A stretch of DNA of 59,230 nt from Candidatus Bathyarchaeum sp. (GTDB lineage Archaea > Thermoproteota > Bathyarchaeia > Bathyarchaeales > Bathyarchaeaceae), in the NCBI GenBank assembly GCA_026014495.1, contig JAOZIF010000013.1, positions 1-59,230 on the forward strand. Direction: 5' to 3'. This document shows, piece by piece, positions 58,064-59,230 of the stretch (the stretch's first letter is position 1; the number at the start of each line of letters is the position of its first letter). The position numbers were made by a program, and so were the translations under genes. The notes beneath the pieces were generated by a model. The model did not search any database. It was not told where the DNA came from and saw only the letters and a list, made by a program, of their open reading frames with translations.

Positions 58064-58148
58064 GAGTGACTACGGGAAGCGTCCACAATCGGTGACGACG
58101 TGGAGGGTTTTCATTTTTTCCCTACCTACGCTTCCCTGCGTCCCCGCC
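58064..58148 (-). ncRNA. Candidate GC-rich three-way-junction RNA
   Basis: P1 GGGAAGCGT/ACGCTTCCC, P2 AGGG/CCCT, P3 CCAC-GTCG/CGAT-GTGG; G-U pairs form only on the minus strand; AT-rich flanks. Confidence 0.45.
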
Positions 58149-58186
58149 AAACACTATTTTGTTATTATAGTCACAGTATGCATTTA

Positions 58187-58924
58187 TTATTTGCTGTCTT
58201 TTTTGTTGAGTTTTATTACAACCTCAATTGGGCTTCCTTTTGGAAGCTTTAGGTTCTGTCGCCAATCTTCTCCAACAGCAATAAGCGAATAAATTCCAGA
58301 GACTTCAGCTCTAGCTTTTTTAACAAAGTTAACCAACGCAGCCTGAGTCTCACCAGTTTTTATCATATCATCAACTATAAGCACGCTATCTCGGCGCTTT
58401 AGAGCATCCTTAGGCAGATACAATGTCATGGTATAGCCTGAATCACGCAAAACATAAGTTTCTTCAAGAAACGCTGGAACCCCAACTTCCTTGTTGCGTT
58501 TCGCAATCAACAAATCAACACCCAAAGCGTTTGCAACCATAGTTCCAAGCGGTATACCATCCACCGCGGCAGTCAAAACTTTTGTCACTCGTCCTCCTGC
58601 AAAGGTTGCAAGAGCGTGCTGGGCTGCCTGCTGAAGGATGTTATGGTCACCTACAATCCATGTGTTGTTGAAGTATCCAGCTGAGTTAAACTTTATTCGT
58701 CTACGAAGCTCAGCTTTCAAGCCAACAAGTTTGGTTAAAACGGTCCAAAGCTCTTTAGCCCGTTCAGCGTTTGGTAAAACATGACCCTTTGCGTACCTGC
58801 TTAAAACAGTCACAGGTAGATTGGTTTTTGCAGATAACTCTCTGTATGTGTACTCTTTTTTGGCTGTTCGAAGTAGTTCAATGGTCATTAATCGAAGTTT
58901 CAAGTCCTCTGCATGTGTATTCAT
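58187..58924 (-). CDS. HTH-fused type I phosphoribosyltransferase (archaeal APRT/PurR-like)
   Basis: N-terminal HTH YRELSAKTNLPVTVLSRY, PRPP loop VLIVDDMIKTGET. Confidence 0.88.
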   Translation of the reverse strand: MNTHAEDLKLRLMTIELLRTAKKEYTYRELSAKTNLPVTVLSRYAKGHVLPNAERAKELWTVLTKLVGLKAELRRRIKFNSAGYFNNTWIVGDHNILQQAAQHALATFAGGRVTKVLTAAVDGIPLGTMVANALGVDLLIAKRNKEVGVPAFLEETYVLRDSGYTMTLYLPKDALKRRDSVLIVDDMIKTGETQAALVNFVKKARAEVSGIYSLIAVGEDWRQNLKLPKGSPIEVVIKLNKKDSK

Positions 58925-59134
58925 AATAGCATCCCTTTTCTATACACATCAATAAATCAATTAATGCGTGTACAACCTACCTATTTTAACGTGGATAGAT
59001 TTATAATTTCCGTATAACCCTGCGCAACATAAAGACAATACACCACCAAAATGTTGCTTGAAACCTCACATTTAACGCGATAAACGAAAAACAGACACAG
59101 CCGTATTCCAAATATATTTCCTTGAAATAGAAAG

Positions 59135-59228
59135 TGGCGGATCCGCGGGGATTCGAACCCCGGATCATTGGATTTCTTCTTTTGTAGATTAGAAGTCCAA
59201 TGCCTTATCCTGGCTAGGCCACGGACCC
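59135..59228 (-). tRNA. tRNA-Arg(UCU) with a canonical 16-nt intron at 37/38 (59174-59189)
   Basis: GGGTCCG/CGGATCC acceptor, G73, TTGGA-CTTCTA|A-TCCAA, central helix CTTC/GAAG, CCA encoded. Confidence 0.95.
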
Positions 59229-59230
59229 AA

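Noticed and set aside
58064-58148. HDV-like or hammerhead ribozyme, or SECIS, assignment for the junction element
   Set aside because: TCCACGT resembles an HDV L3 loop but has no flanking P3 pairing; no CUGANGA/GAAA core; no in-frame UGA selenoprotein nearby.
57993-58292. 99-aa plus-strand ORF
   Set aside because: No motif, antisense overlap with the PRTase 3' end, and it crosses the structured element.

Overview
A 59 kb stretch of archaeal chromosome, most likely Bathyarchaeia. That assignment is an inference from Top6A/B, aIF2-beta, RIO1, EndA, DnaK/DnaJ/GrpE, multi-intron tRNAs and typical orphan membrane proteins. Content is mostly housekeeping and metabolic: pyrG, trxB, ychF, uppS, top6AB, hisS, dnaKJ-grpE, leuCDBA, mtnA, an AOR cluster and an iron/cobalamin-type ABC system. 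There are five tRNA genes: Gln-UUG (partial), Ile2-CAU, Leu-UAA with a D-arm intron, Arg-CCU with three introns, and Arg-UCU with one intron. I found no CRISPR array, transposase or integrase. The most interesting signals are: (1) a triple-intron tRNA-Arg with an intron at 9/10, close to an EndA subunit that lacks the catalytic His; (2) an LsrF thiolase + Zn-dehydrogenase + class II aldolase locus whose chemistry would fit an undescribed 5-deoxyribulose-1-P to DHAP + acetyl-CoA route; (3) a ~50-bp hairpin + T-tract element present in three intergenic copies; (4) two intergenic structured-RNA candidates whose G-U pairs point to the minus strand; (5) corA that can only start at ACG; (6) an eL22-like protein; (7) DnaK with Asp194 replaced by Ser; (8) Top6B with a duplicated H2TH domain; (9) membrane-tethered wHTH regulators. 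All calls come from reading the sequence and recalled family motifs. No database search was run.
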